Source of the DNA: Chloroflexota bacterium | Lineage (GTDB): Bacteria; Chloroflexota; Dehalococcoidia; Lucifugimonadales; Lucifugimonadaceae | Direction: 5' to 3' | Length of the DNA: 64,000 nt | Assembly (NCBI GenBank): GCA_002719295.1 | Contig: PBHC01000005.1 | Span: forward strand, 81,597-145,596 | In this document: positions 48,473-58,602 of the stretch, piece after piece | Numbering within the stretch: position 1 is the first letter of the stretch | How the letters are laid out: every line of letters begins with the position of its first letter | The notes under the pieces: model-generated | Database searches by the model: none | Seen by the model: only the letters and a program-made list of their open reading frames with translations | What the model was told of the DNA's origin: nothing | Position numbers and translations under genes: made by a program

Positions 48473-49017
48473 TTTATATATATTAATGATTGCTTTATAT
48501 ATTTGAAAGCAGAGTAGAAACCTATGATTGTACCTATTGCCAGAATTGTCATTGTTAATTCATGAAAATATGTTATTTCAATTATTGGTGAAGTTATAAC
48601 TAAGCTAATTCCTGCCATTTGAATTATTGTTTTTAGTTTTCCAAGTGATGAGACTTCTAATATTTTATCTCTTCCAATCGTGGCCATCCATTCTCTGAGA
48701 GACATTACTATTATTTCTCTCGAAATAATAGAAACAGTTATGATAAAAAGAAGTATAGAATCCCTGTTATAAACTAAAGATATTAAAACTAGAAATACAA
48801 ATATTTTGTCTGCAATAGGATCTAGAAATGCTCCAAATGTGGACTCCTTTGATTGTTTTCTTGCGAATGCTCCATCCAACGCATCACTTAAGGATCCTAG
48901 TATAAAAAGGATGGTACATATAATTACCATTATGCTAGATGTAAAAAAAACTAAAAATGACACGCCTACGGCAAAGAAAAGTCTTGATACTGTTATAAAA
49001 GTAGGTAAATTTTTCAT
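48469..49017 (-). CDS. pgsA: CDP-diacylglycerol--glycerol-3-phosphate 3-phosphatidyltransferase
   Basis: SDALDGAFAR.....STFGAFLDPIADK, RE.....LREWMA and GKLKT..QM. Confidence 0.94.
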   Translation of the reverse strand: MKNLPTFITVSRLFFAVGVSFLVFFTSSIMVIICTILFILGSLSDALDGAFARKQSKESTFGAFLDPIADKIFVFLVLISLVYNRDSILLFIITVSIISREIIVMSLREWMATIGRDKILEVSSLGKLKTIIQMAGISLVITSPIIEITYFHELTMTILAIGTIIGFYSAFKYIKQSLIYIK

Positions 49018-49183
49018 TTCTTTTTAAGCTTATTTCTTATTATTAAAATTTAGATTTAGATAAGTAAGTATATATTAACTTATTATTAAGAATAAATTTT
49101 AAATAATTGCATTAAAAATCAGGTTTTGTAGTAACAAATGAAATATTATTATTTTCAAAGATAAATTTTCTTTTTTAAGTAAT

Positions 49184-49732
49184 ATGAATGCTGATATTGA
49201 AAAACTGATAAAAAATATTCACTCAACCATAGGAGTTAAAGGATCTGTAGTTATAACAGGATGCGGAATAAACTCCTTGGCTTGGCTCTTTAGTGTATCT
49301 GGTACCTCAAATACAATTCTAACCTCCTATGTGCCTTATTCTAAGAATTCTTTGCAAGAGTTTTTGGAAAAAAAATTAACTCATCATGTTAGTGAAGAAG
49401 AGGCTATTAATATGGCTGAGAAAGCTTATGAAAAAAGTGAAAGTTTTTTAGATCAATCAGAAAATGATACTAAATTATTCGGATTAGGTTGTACTGGTGC
49501 TATAAGTACTAATAGAGATCGCAAAGGTGAAGATAGGGCTCATATTGCTATAAAGACATCAACTTCATTAGATAGTTTCTCTTTATATTTTGATAAAAAT
49601 AATCGTGATCGAATATCTGAAGATATAATTATAAGTAAACAAATAATTAATTGCATAGCAAATGTACATGGAATAAATAATAATATTCCTTTGAATTTAT
49701 TAGAAAATGAAAAGCTTCAAAGATCACATTAA
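49184..49732 (+). CDS. CinA C-terminal/PncC-like protein (atypical)
   Basis: TG.G....WL..V.G.S..I....VPY, VS.E.A..MA and G.GCTG....R...G..R.H. Confidence 0.65.
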   Translation: MNADIEKLIKNIHSTIGVKGSVVITGCGINSLAWLFSVSGTSNTILTSYVPYSKNSLQEFLEKKLTHHVSEEEAINMAEKAYEKSESFLDQSENDTKLFGLGCTGAISTNRDRKGEDRAHIAIKTSTSLDSFSLYFDKNNRDRISEDIIISKQIINCIANVHGINNNIPLNLLENEKLQRSH

Positions 49733-50318
49733 ATCATTAAGTCACGACAAAATAGATTATTTTATAACTAACTCAGAACTTAATATTTTTCATGAAAAAA
49801 TTGATAATTCAGTAATACTATCCGGTTCATTTAATCCTCTACACTATGGTCATACTAAGTTATTAGATTATTCTTCTAATAAATTTGATAGAAACAAATT
49901 TTATGAAATATCAATTTCTAATGTTGATAAACCAGATATTAATATTGAGGATCTAATAAGTAGATTAGAAAATTTTCAAAATGATGAAAAAATCATAATA
50001 ACAAGAAGTAGTAGATTTTTTGAAAAAGCAAATTTATTTCCAAATTCTTATTTTGTAATTGGTTATGACACAGCGATTAGAGTATTGGATGAATCTTATC
50101 TTGCCTCAGATGAATCTTTAGACGATTTATTTTATGTCATAAAAAATAAATCGTGTAAATTTATAGTTGCAGGTAGAGCTAATACAACTATTCCAAAGTT
50201 TAATAACTTAAATCTTAATGATGTGATTCAGAAATATAGAACTTTCTTTTATATTATTGAGGAAAAAGAATTTAGAGAAGATATATCCTCTACTGAGAAG
50301 AGACGACAAGATAATTGA
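49707..50318 (+). CDS. HIGH-superfamily nucleotidyltransferase (NMNAT/NadD-like)
   Basis: SGSFNPLHYGH, N.DKP, F.EKA..FP, G.DT..R and DISST..R. Confidence 0.8.
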   Translation: MKSFKDHIKSLSHDKIDYFITNSELNIFHEKIDNSVILSGSFNPLHYGHTKLLDYSSNKFDRNKFYEISISNVDKPDINIEDLISRLENFQNDEKIIITRSSRFFEKANLFPNSYFVIGYDTAIRVLDESYLASDESLDDLFYVIKNKSCKFIVAGRANTTIPKFNNLNLNDVIQKYRTFFYIIEEKEFREDISSTEKRRQDN

Positions 50319-50349
50319 CATTAAATGATGGTATCACTAAGATATCATT
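50315..50349 (+). promoter_or_regulatory. Promoter of umuDC
   Basis: TTGACA (50315-20), 17 nt, TAAGAT (50338-43); only 9 nt to the ATG. Confidence 0.65.
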
Positions 50350-50352
50350 CCT

Positions 50353-50751
50353 ATGAGTTTTATAGAGTCTATTTATTTTTTTAATACGGTTGTTTATGCG
50401 GGCTTTCCTTCGCCTGCTGGAGATATATTTGCGTCAAAATTAAATCTTCAAGATTATCTTATAAAAAATCCTAATACTACTATTTGTATACGGGTTTCTG
50501 GTGACTCAATGAAAAATATAGGTATTTTTTCTGAGGATATACTTATTGTTGACAAGTCTGTAGCTCCAAGAAATAATCATATTGTTTTATGCATATTAGA
50601 TGGACAATTTTTAGTTAAAAAATTATCTATAAAAAACAACTCAATAAAATTAATATCAGAAAATAAAGATTACCCCATAATCATTATCAATGAGTATGAC
50701 GACTTTAATATTTTTGGAGTAGTAACTGCATCAATCAAAAATTTCTTATGA
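50353..50751 (+). CDS. umuD: DNA polymerase V accessory subunit UmuD (S24 peptidase)
   Basis: AGFPSPA cleavage site, GDSM catalytic Ser and F.VK Lys. Confidence 0.93.
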   Translation: MSFIESIYFFNTVVYAGFPSPAGDIFASKLNLQDYLIKNPNTTICIRVSGDSMKNIGIFSEDILIVDKSVAPRNNHIVLCILDGQFLVKKLSIKNNSIKLISENKDYPIIIINEYDDFNIFGVVTASIKNFL

Positions 50752-51992
50752 TCTTCTTAGTCGATTGTAATAATTTTTATGTTTCATGCGAGAGATTATT
50801 TAGACCAGATTTAAGTAATGTCCCTGTAGTTGTTCTTTCAAATAATGATGGTTGTATTATTTCTAGGAGTAATGAGGCAAAAAAATTAGGAATAAAGATG
50901 GGAGAGCCTTTTTTTAAGGCTAGAAAAACAATTGAAGAAAATAAAATTAGTGTTTTTTCTTCAAATTTTGAATTATATGGAGAAATTTCTAATCGAATAA
51001 TGAAAGAATTGAAATATTTTTCTAATTTCATAGAAATTTATTCTATTGATGAAGCTTTTTTAGATATTAATTTTGATGACTACAATTTAATTTGTGAAGA
51101 TATTGTAAAAAGAGTAAAAGATACAGTCGGAATTCCTGTATCTATTGGAGTAGGTCTTACTAAAACTTTATCTAAGATCGCAGGTTCTATAGCAAAAAAA
51201 TTACAGAGAGGTTATTTTGTGCTTGATAATGATTTGATAACTCAAAATATTTTATCTGATATGCCTGTCGAAAATATTTGGGGATTAGGTCGTAGATATT
51301 CTAACTTTATGATTAATAATGGTATAAAAACTGCCGATAATTTAATAAAAACAAATAAAAATTGGATATTGAGTAAACTCAATGTTAATGTTTTACGTAC
51401 AAGAGAAGAGTTGAGAGGAATATCTTGCTATCCTGTTTCTACTGTATCACCTTCTAAAAAAAGTATAAGAGTCTCTCGTTCTTTTAAGAAAGATATAGAA
51501 AAGTATGAAAATCTCGAAAAACATGTGAGTGATTTTGCTTTTTTGGCATCTAAAAAATTAAGAAATGAAAATAAGAGAGCAAAAGAATTGGGAGTTTTTA
51601 TAACAACAAATAGATTTAATAATCAAAAGGGTTCATATTATATGGGTTTTAAGAAGTATTATTTTATTGTTCCTACTAATAGTTATATTGAGTTAGTTAG
51701 ATACTCTATTTTGATGCTAAATAAAATATTTAAGAAAGGATTAAATTATAAAAAAGCGGGTGTTATCCTAGGTGGATTATGCTTAGAAAATGAGTACCAA
51801 GCTTCTTATCTAAACCAAAGCCATAATACAAATAATTTGATGCTTAAAATTGATTATCTAAATGATCGATTTGGAACAAATAAAGTGCTTCTGTCTTCAC
51901 AAAATTTAAATAATAGATTACGAAAGGGTAAAAAAAAACTGTCTCCAAGTTATATGAATTCTTGGAATAATATACCTAATATAAAAATTTAG
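50748..51992 (+). CDS. umuC: Y-family DNA polymerase V subunit UmuC
   Basis: DCNNFYVSCER, VVVLSNNDGC, YSIDEAF, YKKAGV and LSP.Y...W. Confidence 0.94.
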   Translation: MIFLVDCNNFYVSCERLFRPDLSNVPVVVLSNNDGCIISRSNEAKKLGIKMGEPFFKARKTIEENKISVFSSNFELYGEISNRIMKELKYFSNFIEIYSIDEAFLDINFDDYNLICEDIVKRVKDTVGIPVSIGVGLTKTLSKIAGSIAKKLQRGYFVLDNDLITQNILSDMPVENIWGLGRRYSNFMINNGIKTADNLIKTNKNWILSKLNVNVLRTREELRGISCYPVSTVSPSKKSIRVSRSFKKDIEKYENLEKHVSDFAFLASKKLRNENKRAKELGVFITTNRFNNQKGSYYMGFKKYYFIVPTNSYIELVRYSILMLNKIFKKGLNYKKAGVILGGLCLENEYQASYLNQSHNTNNLMLKIDYLNDRFGTNKVLLSSQNLNNRLRKGKKKLSPSYMNSWNNIPNIKI

Positions 51993-53188
51993 TTACTTTC
52001 TTTGAATATAGCAAAAGAAGATGTGTAGCCATGTAAATAAGTTCTGTCACCAATGGGGCTTATTTCTCCATTAGAAAAGAATCCTGTTATTGGAGATTTA
52101 TCATCAATAAGATTTTTGTAGAGATTTATATCATGATGTGATTCACCTAATAAGTACTTTCCTCTTCCAACACTTGAAAACATAAGTGTAGATTTGATGA
52201 TCTCACCATTTTTATTTTCATATTCTGACAACATTTTTTTCAATTCTTCTTGAGCTGCTCCAGAATCCCTTAGATGAAATTGAACTATTTGTCCTTCAGT
52301 AATAGATTCTCCAATCGTTATAGATCCTGTTTCCTTATCTATAGAAGAAATATTTCTAATCATGTATGTTATTTCTTCTTCAATATCTCCCAATCTGTCC
52401 ATCAATATACCTATTTGAAGAGCATTATTCATAACATATTTTTCATCTTCTGGTAATTCGTCGTACAATTTTTTGATTGCAACAATTGGAAGATCATTAT
52501 CTAATTCATTTATAACATTATTGTTTGCTCTAGTAACAATCATAGGTTCACCAATTGGTCTACAACTTTGTGCAACCAATATATCAAGTTCAAAATTTCC
52601 AGATATGATTAATCCAGCACATCCTTTAAAATATGTCTCATTATCTAAAAAGAGACCATTCTGACCAGGTTTACTTCCTCCTGAAGCTAAAGCTCCTATT
52701 ATCTTAGTATTTGGGTATGCAAAATCTAAACCATCTAAAATATACTCTGTTCGTACAGAAAATGGATCTGGGAATAATACTATTGCTTTCGGATTTTCAG
52801 TATCTGAATCTATAATTTCATGCCACGCTTCTGGAGATTGATCTGGGTTAGGAAGTTCGTTTTGAGTGAAATGAAAAGGAGTAAATTTTACATCAGGTAA
52901 AATTCCAGCTGTTAATGATATTCCAGGTAAATATTCAAATTCTTTACCTTCACCTATTACACCAGATGCTGAGCAACCCAAAATAGTTTTAAATGGTATT
53001 TTTGATTTAATCTTTTCAGTAATTTGTTCGTACTCTGAAGAATGATGAGATGATATAAATACAAATCCTAAATCAGGATTTTTCCCATCAAGTTTTTTCA
53101 AAATTTCCTTTGTAACATCCTCTAATGCAAGCTCTAACGAAGGAGAGTTGGAAACAGCGGAACACCAATGCATAAAATTACCTTTCAT
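51989..53188 (-). CDS. FIST N- and C-domain signal transduction protein
   Basis: GCS..GVIG, DPF, G.LASG, Q.CRPIG, QFHLRD and GFF.NGEI.P...LHGYT. Confidence 0.9.
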   Translation of the reverse strand: MKGNFMHWCSAVSNSPSLELALEDVTKEILKKLDGKNPDLGFVFISSHHSSEYEQITEKIKSKIPFKTILGCSASGVIGEGKEFEYLPGISLTAGILPDVKFTPFHFTQNELPNPDQSPEAWHEIIDSDTENPKAIVLFPDPFSVRTEYILDGLDFAYPNTKIIGALASGGSKPGQNGLFLDNETYFKGCAGLIISGNFELDILVAQSCRPIGEPMIVTRANNNVINELDNDLPIVAIKKLYDELPEDEKYVMNNALQIGILMDRLGDIEEEITYMIRNISSIDKETGSITIGESITEGQIVQFHLRDSGAAQEELKKMLSEYENKNGEIIKSTLMFSSVGRGKYLLGESHHDINLYKNLIDDKSPITGFFSNGEISPIGDRTYLHGYTSSFAIFKESN

Positions 53189-53321
53189 AATGTGATTAGA
53201 ATGTATTTTTAGTAATAAAATACTTATAGACCAAACATATATAAATATTACATGATTGATAAATTCAAAGCTTTTGTAATTTAATACGAAGTTTAGGGAG
53301 TAAATCTATTACTATTGTTTA

Positions 53322-54071
53322 ATGATCAAAAAAAATATTGGTGAAAAAATTTATATTTTTGAAGAACTTACTTCTACCATGGATAAATCTAAAGAAATGA
53401 TTGAAAGAGGTGTAGAAATAGGCACTATAATCATGGCAAAAAAACAAACAAATGGAAGGGGAAGTAATAACAGAGAATGGATCTCAGACGGTAATGATGC
53501 TTTATTCTCAATTATTCTAGATACACCTATATCAAAAGTAAATCTTATCCCAATAATTACAGCTTATTCTATTTTGTTGACTATTGAATCTTATACACGT
53601 AGAAAAATAAATATAAAATGGCCAAATGATGTGTTGATAGATGGCAAGAAAGTTTCTGGAGTATTAATTGAAAATTTTATTAATGAAGATTCAAATAAAA
53701 CTATTATAGGTGTAGGCATAAATATAAATTCACATCATAAAGAATCAAAAAATTTCATATATCCCAGTATAAGTCTAAAAGAAATACTAAAAAGAAATAT
53801 TGATGTTTTAGATGTCCTAAATGAGTTCTTAAATAACTTTAACCTTATATACAAGAAATTGATTTTAGATCAAATAAATTTAGGAAAAATTTCAGAAAGG
53901 CTTTTTGGTATAGAAGAAGAAATTATTTTTAGAACAAATTATTCAATTGATGATAAAAAGTCTGAAAATAATAAATATAAGATCTTAAATCTTAATAATG
54001 ATGGAACATTAAGGGTTTCCAACTCAAAAGGGGAAGTATTAAATTTAAGTTATTCAGAAATAACCAATTAA
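53322..54071 (+). CDS. birA: Biotin--[acetyl-CoA-carboxylase] ligase (no HTH domain)
   Basis: STMD, QTNGRG...W.S, KWPND and KKVSGVL.E. Confidence 0.92.
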   Translation: MIKKNIGEKIYIFEELTSTMDKSKEMIERGVEIGTIIMAKKQTNGRGSNNREWISDGNDALFSIILDTPISKVNLIPIITAYSILLTIESYTRRKINIKWPNDVLIDGKKVSGVLIENFINEDSNKTIIGVGININSHHKESKNFIYPSISLKEILKRNIDVLDVLNEFLNNFNLIYKKLILDQINLGKISERLFGIEEEIIFRTNYSIDDKKSENNKYKILNLNNDGTLRVSNSKGEVLNLSYSEITN

Positions 54072-54307
54072 ACAGACTTTATAACCGATCCTATAGCCTC
54101 AAGCAAAAAGATTGCTGCTATAGGTGATAAATCAAATCCACCTGCTTGGGGTAAAACCTTTCTTAGCCTTCCTAGTAAAGGCTCAGTAATAATTATTAAA
54201 AATTGCACAATTTGATATTCTCTTGAATTTGGAATCCAACTTGAAAGAACTCTAAAAACAATAATTATTGTATAAAGGTTTATTATATTAGATATTAAAT
54301 TAGTCAA
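54068..54307 (-). CDS. yggT: YggT family membrane protein
   Basis: R...SW.P, TEP.L..LR..LP and GFDLSP. Confidence 0.92.
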   Translation of the reverse strand: MTNLISNIINLYTIIIVFRVLSSWIPNSREYQIVQFLIIITEPLLGRLRKVLPQAGGFDLSPIAAIFLLEAIGSVIKSV

Positions 54308-55123
54308 TTAATTATTACTTTCTTCTGATAATTCATTTCCTCTATTTACAGCTTCGGCTATAGTTTGACTAATTATATCGTTGATATTTATTTTTTCTAA
54401 ATAATTTAAACCAGCTTCGGTTGTGCCCCCGGGAGATGTAACTGCAATTCTTAATTCTTCTGGAGTTGAACTGCTAGAATTTAGCAATTCAGCACTTCCA
54501 ATAAATGTTTCTATAGCTAATTTTTTGCTTATATTTCTATCAAGGCCTGATTTTTCCCCGGCTATAATAAATGATTCTAAAATTCTATAAAAAAAACCTG
54601 GACCACTACCCGATAATGCTGTAGATAGGTTTATTATTTCTTCTTTATCAACAAGAATTGATTTTCCAAAAGAATTAAGAGCCTTTTCAATAATTATTCT
54701 TTCATCAGAATTAACGTTATTTGTAGTATTCCATACACTTATCCCTTTAGATATTTGAGCTGGAGTATTGGGCATTATTCTAACTACTTTTAAATGATTA
54801 GTTTGCTGAACAATCTGATTTTTTGTGATCCCTGCCATAATTGAAATAAGAATTTGATCTTTCCCTAAAAATGATTTTAAATCTAATGAAACTTTTTTAA
54901 ATAATTGAGGTTTAACGCATATCCAAACATATTTGGATTTATTAATCTCTTCAGAAATTTTTATGTCAGTTAGGATTGATAAACTTTTTAAATTACTTGT
55001 TTTGCTACTATCTGGTTCTATTACTGTAATTTTATTAAAGCATTTTTTCTTATATACAGCATCAACTATAGCTGATCCCATGTTCCCAAAACCTATAAAA
55101 GTTGCGTTCTCTTTTTGGTTCAT
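54308..55123 (-). CDS. proC: Pyrroline-5-carboxylate reductase
   Basis: FIG.GNMG, VKPQ, SIMAG, RIMPNTP, SGSGP and VTSPGGTT. Confidence 0.96.
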   Translation of the reverse strand: MNQKENATFIGFGNMGSAIVDAVYKKKCFNKITVIEPDSSKTSNLKSLSILTDIKISEEINKSKYVWICVKPQLFKKVSLDLKSFLGKDQILISIMAGITKNQIVQQTNHLKVVRIMPNTPAQISKGISVWNTTNNVNSDERIIIEKALNSFGKSILVDKEEIINLSTALSGSGPGFFYRILESFIIAGEKSGLDRNISKKLAIETFIGSAELLNSSSSTPEELRIAVTSPGGTTEAGLNYLEKININDIISQTIAEAVNRGNELSEESNN

Positions 55124-56118
55124 AATTTGGAATTTTTGGATAGATTTTGGGCTAGCTTTATTGCCTCAATCATACTTGTTGGATCCGCAATATTCTTGCC
55201 TGCAATGTCAAATGCTGTACCATGATCAACTGATGTTCTAATAAAAGGAACCCCTAAGTTTACAGAAATTGACTCTTCAAATCCATAAACTTTTATAGGA
55301 ATATGACCTTGGTCGTGATACATAACTACAACTACATCATGCCTGTCATTAATTGCATCGTAAAATATTGAATCTGCTGGATGAGGTCCAGAAACTTTTA
55401 TACCTTCCTGTTTACAAGCCTTTACTGCAGGAAGAATTTCTTCTTCTTCAGTATTTCCGATTAATCCTCCATCCGATGCATGTGGATTTAAAGCTGCAAC
55501 ACCTATTTTGGGGCTATCAAATCCCCACCTTGTAAAATGATCATGCGTTAATTTTATTGCTCTCTCAACATTTTCTTTTGTTACGTATTTGCAAGCTTCT
55601 GATAAAGATAAATGTGTTGATAAATGCATACATCTCAATTTTCCAGATACTAACATTGTTGCTACGTAACTGGCTTTGGATTTTCTTTTGAAAATTTCCT
55701 GATGTCCTATATCCTTGAATCCAGACATTTGCCAACTTTCTTTATTTATTGGGGCAGTGCAAATTGCATCTACATCTTTGGATATTGCTAAATCTGTTGC
55801 TAATTCTACCCATTCATGAGAAGCCTTTCCAGAATCTAGAGAATTTTCACCTAATGGGAAATCTATATTTGAATATTTTTGATTGTCTAAAACTTTAATC
55901 TTTCCATTGTCATCATATGTGCTTAAGTTTTCAATTATCTCAAATTTAAAATCTAAACTTAATTTTTGAGAAGTTTTTTCTAAGGTTTTAGTATCTCCAA
56001 TAATTATAGGTAAATTATTTTTATTCGAAAATAATTTATCAATAGCCTTAATTATTACCTCCGGCCCTATACCTGATGGATCACCTAATGTTATTGCAAT
56101 TCTATTTTTATTAGTCAT
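55120..56118 (-). CDS. pdxA: 4-hydroxythreonine-4-phosphate dehydrogenase family (PdxA/PdxA2)
   Basis: GDPSGIGPE, TAPINKE, GHQE, LNPHA, YHDQGHIP.K and RTSVDHGTAFDIAG. Confidence 0.93.
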   Translation of the reverse strand: MTNKNRIAITLGDPSGIGPEVIIKAIDKLFSNKNNLPIIIGDTKTLEKTSQKLSLDFKFEIIENLSTYDDNGKIKVLDNQKYSNIDFPLGENSLDSGKASHEWVELATDLAISKDVDAICTAPINKESWQMSGFKDIGHQEIFKRKSKASYVATMLVSGKLRCMHLSTHLSLSEACKYVTKENVERAIKLTHDHFTRWGFDSPKIGVAALNPHASDGGLIGNTEEEEILPAVKACKQEGIKVSGPHPADSIFYDAINDRHDVVVVMYHDQGHIPIKVYGFEESISVNLGVPFIRTSVDHGTAFDIAGKNIADPTSMIEAIKLAQNLSKNSKL

Positions 56119-56121
56119 AAA

Positions 56122-58596
56122 TTAACACTTAGAATATCCACAGCTATAGCACTTCTGACAACCTTCTTCAAATGCGAGACTTCCCACTTCACAGTCTGGA
56201 CAACTTGGAAGAGCAGAATTATTGGCAGAGACATTTACTGTAACTTTTTCTGTTTCTTCAACATTTAGAATTGAAGACTGAATGTTATCTGAGTTATCAG
56301 TACTTTTTCCTTCAACGCTAAAAATTGATTTTTGAGTACCTTCACTGAATAATGTTTTTGTTTCGTCTGAAATAACTTTATCTAAAACAGTAGCAAGTGC
56401 ATCAGGTACTGATCTTACGAGTGTTCCTTCATCCCATGCAGGGAGATCGGTTATGCCTCGTAATTGACTTATAACTTCTTTAGGATCTAATCCTGATCTA
56501 AGGCATAAAGATGCAACTCTAGAAACAGCTTCAGCCATAGCTGCATCATTTCCTCCAGCTTTTCCATGAGTTGTAAATATTTCAAAAGGTTTATTTCCAG
56601 CCATATTTACTGTTACGTAAAGATTTCCTCTTCCAGTTCTGACTCTAGAAGTAATGCCTAGAAGTTCTTGGGGTCTATCCATTGGTGTTATATAGCCATT
56701 GACAGAACTTTGAGGTAGAAAATCTTCTACTCCTTCAATCGTATTATCTGTATTATTCAAATCTTCTCTAGTTTTATCATTTGAAGAGTCATGACCTGTG
56801 GTTAATACTTCAACTTCTCTTGATCCAGATCTGTATACTGTAATACCCTTACATTTCGTTTCCCAAGCAAGCATATATGCATTTTCTACATCTTCTAAAG
56901 TAGCTTCATTGGGAAAATTGATGGTTTTAGAAATTCCAGCGTCAGTACTTTCTTGAAAGGCACTTTGCATTAAGACATGGTATGTCGGAGATATGTCTGC
57001 AGCAGTATGAAATAAATCTTTAATAGAATTAGGGACATCATCTCTATCTAATAGGGAGCCTCCATCAGACAAGTATTCCATAAGTTGTTCAGAGTAAATA
57101 TTTTTCAATCTGCACATATTTTCAAAATTTTTGTCTACATAAAATAGAGTTTCTCCTTCTAAGATATTATGCTTTCTGTAAGCTAATGAAAAGATTGGCT
57201 CTATTCCTGAAGAAGCACCTGCTATCATTGATATTGTTCCTGTTGGAGCAACTGTTAACCTACAAGCATTTCTATAAGGATCTTCACCGTCTTTTTCCAT
57301 CTTAGATCCTTTCCATTTTGGGAACGGACCTCTTTCTATAGCAAGATCTCTAGATTCGTTATCAGATTCTTTTTTGAAAAATGCCATTAATTCTTTTGCA
57401 ATTTTTACTCCTTGTTCTGAATCATAAGGAATGCCAAGTTTAACTAATAGATCAGCAAATCCCATAATGCCTAAACCTAGTTTTCTTGTTCCTAGATTCA
57501 TTTCTTCTATCTCAGGGATTGCATATTTATTAGCATCAATAACGTTGTCTAAAAACCTTGTAGTTAATCTGATGATTTTTCCAAGTCTTTCCCAATCAAT
57601 TTTTTCATTTTCATCAGAATCTATAACAAATTTTCCAACATCAATAGACCCTAAATTACATGATTCGTTAGGTAAAAGAGGTTGTTCTCCACATGGATTT
57701 GTTGCTGTTATTCTTCCTACATGTTTTACAGGACTGTTTCTATTTACTTCATCAAGAAATACCATTCCAGGTTCTCCATTTGACCACGCCCCATGAACTA
57801 TTTTGTCGAAAACTTCTCTTGCATCTAGTCTGCCTGCTTCAACTAGATCACTATCTTTATCAGCGGGGTTGGATTTTATGAATAAAGGATAATCGGTTCC
57901 GTCTTTTACAGCTTGCATAAATTGATCAGAAGCACCTACTGAAATATTGAAATTATGGATTTGTCCTTCAACTTTTTTACATTCTATAAAATCTAAAATA
58001 TTTGGATGGTGAACATCCATTACTGCCATGTTTGCACCATCTCTTTTACCGCCTTGAGTCACTAGAGTAGAAACAGAAGATAAATGTTTTAATACTGCTA
58101 TTGGTCCACATGCTTTTCCATGAGTTGTAGCTATAGGGGTTCCTGTTGGCCTTATGTCAGATAGCGAAAAACCAGTCCCTCCACCAAATTTTTGTACCAT
58201 GGCTGCATCGTGTGCTGCTTTCATTATTCCTTCCATAGAATCTGTCAAAGGTAATACAAAACAAGCAGATAATGTACCAGCGCCAGTACCAGCATTCATC
58301 AATGTTGGTGAGTTTGGAAGAAATTCTAAGCTAGCCATAGATTGATAAAATAAATTTTCTATTTTTTTCACTTGGCTGTCATTTAAGCCATAGTCTTTTT
58401 CAGGTTTAGATAAAGCTTTTGCAACTCTAATAAACATTTGATTTGGAGTTTCTACTATTTCTTCATTTTGATCTTTAAGTAAATATCTTTTTTCAAGCAC
58501 TACATTCGCATTGTCACTAATTGGAGCTGGTTCAAATTGTTCATTGATTTCACCATATCTATTAACTTCAAGGTTTGATTTATTTGTTTGTACCAT
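56122..58596 (-). CDS. nrdJ: Class II adenosylcobalamin-dependent ribonucleotide reductase with TSCPD domain and C-terminal zinc ribbon
   Basis: PNSPTLMNAG, LSACFV, TNPCGEQ, SCNLGS, APTGTIS, ISKTIN and CPDC...CYSCGYSKC. Confidence 0.96.
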   Translation of the reverse strand: MVQTNKSNLEVNRYGEINEQFEPAPISDNANVVLEKRYLLKDQNEEIVETPNQMFIRVAKALSKPEKDYGLNDSQVKKIENLFYQSMASLEFLPNSPTLMNAGTGAGTLSACFVLPLTDSMEGIMKAAHDAAMVQKFGGGTGFSLSDIRPTGTPIATTHGKACGPIAVLKHLSSVSTLVTQGGKRDGANMAVMDVHHPNILDFIECKKVEGQIHNFNISVGASDQFMQAVKDGTDYPLFIKSNPADKDSDLVEAGRLDAREVFDKIVHGAWSNGEPGMVFLDEVNRNSPVKHVGRITATNPCGEQPLLPNESCNLGSIDVGKFVIDSDENEKIDWERLGKIIRLTTRFLDNVIDANKYAIPEIEEMNLGTRKLGLGIMGFADLLVKLGIPYDSEQGVKIAKELMAFFKKESDNESRDLAIERGPFPKWKGSKMEKDGEDPYRNACRLTVAPTGTISMIAGASSGIEPIFSLAYRKHNILEGETLFYVDKNFENMCRLKNIYSEQLMEYLSDGGSLLDRDDVPNSIKDLFHTAADISPTYHVLMQSAFQESTDAGISKTINFPNEATLEDVENAYMLAWETKCKGITVYRSGSREVEVLTTGHDSSNDKTREDLNNTDNTIEGVEDFLPQSSVNGYITPMDRPQELLGITSRVRTGRGNLYVTVNMAGNKPFEIFTTHGKAGGNDAAMAEAVSRVASLCLRSGLDPKEVISQLRGITDLPAWDEGTLVRSVPDALATVLDKVISDETKTLFSEGTQKSIFSVEGKSTDNSDNIQSSILNVEETEKVTVNVSANNSALPSCPDCEVGSLAFEEGCQKCYSCGYSKC

Positions 58597-58602
58597 CGAG
58601 AT

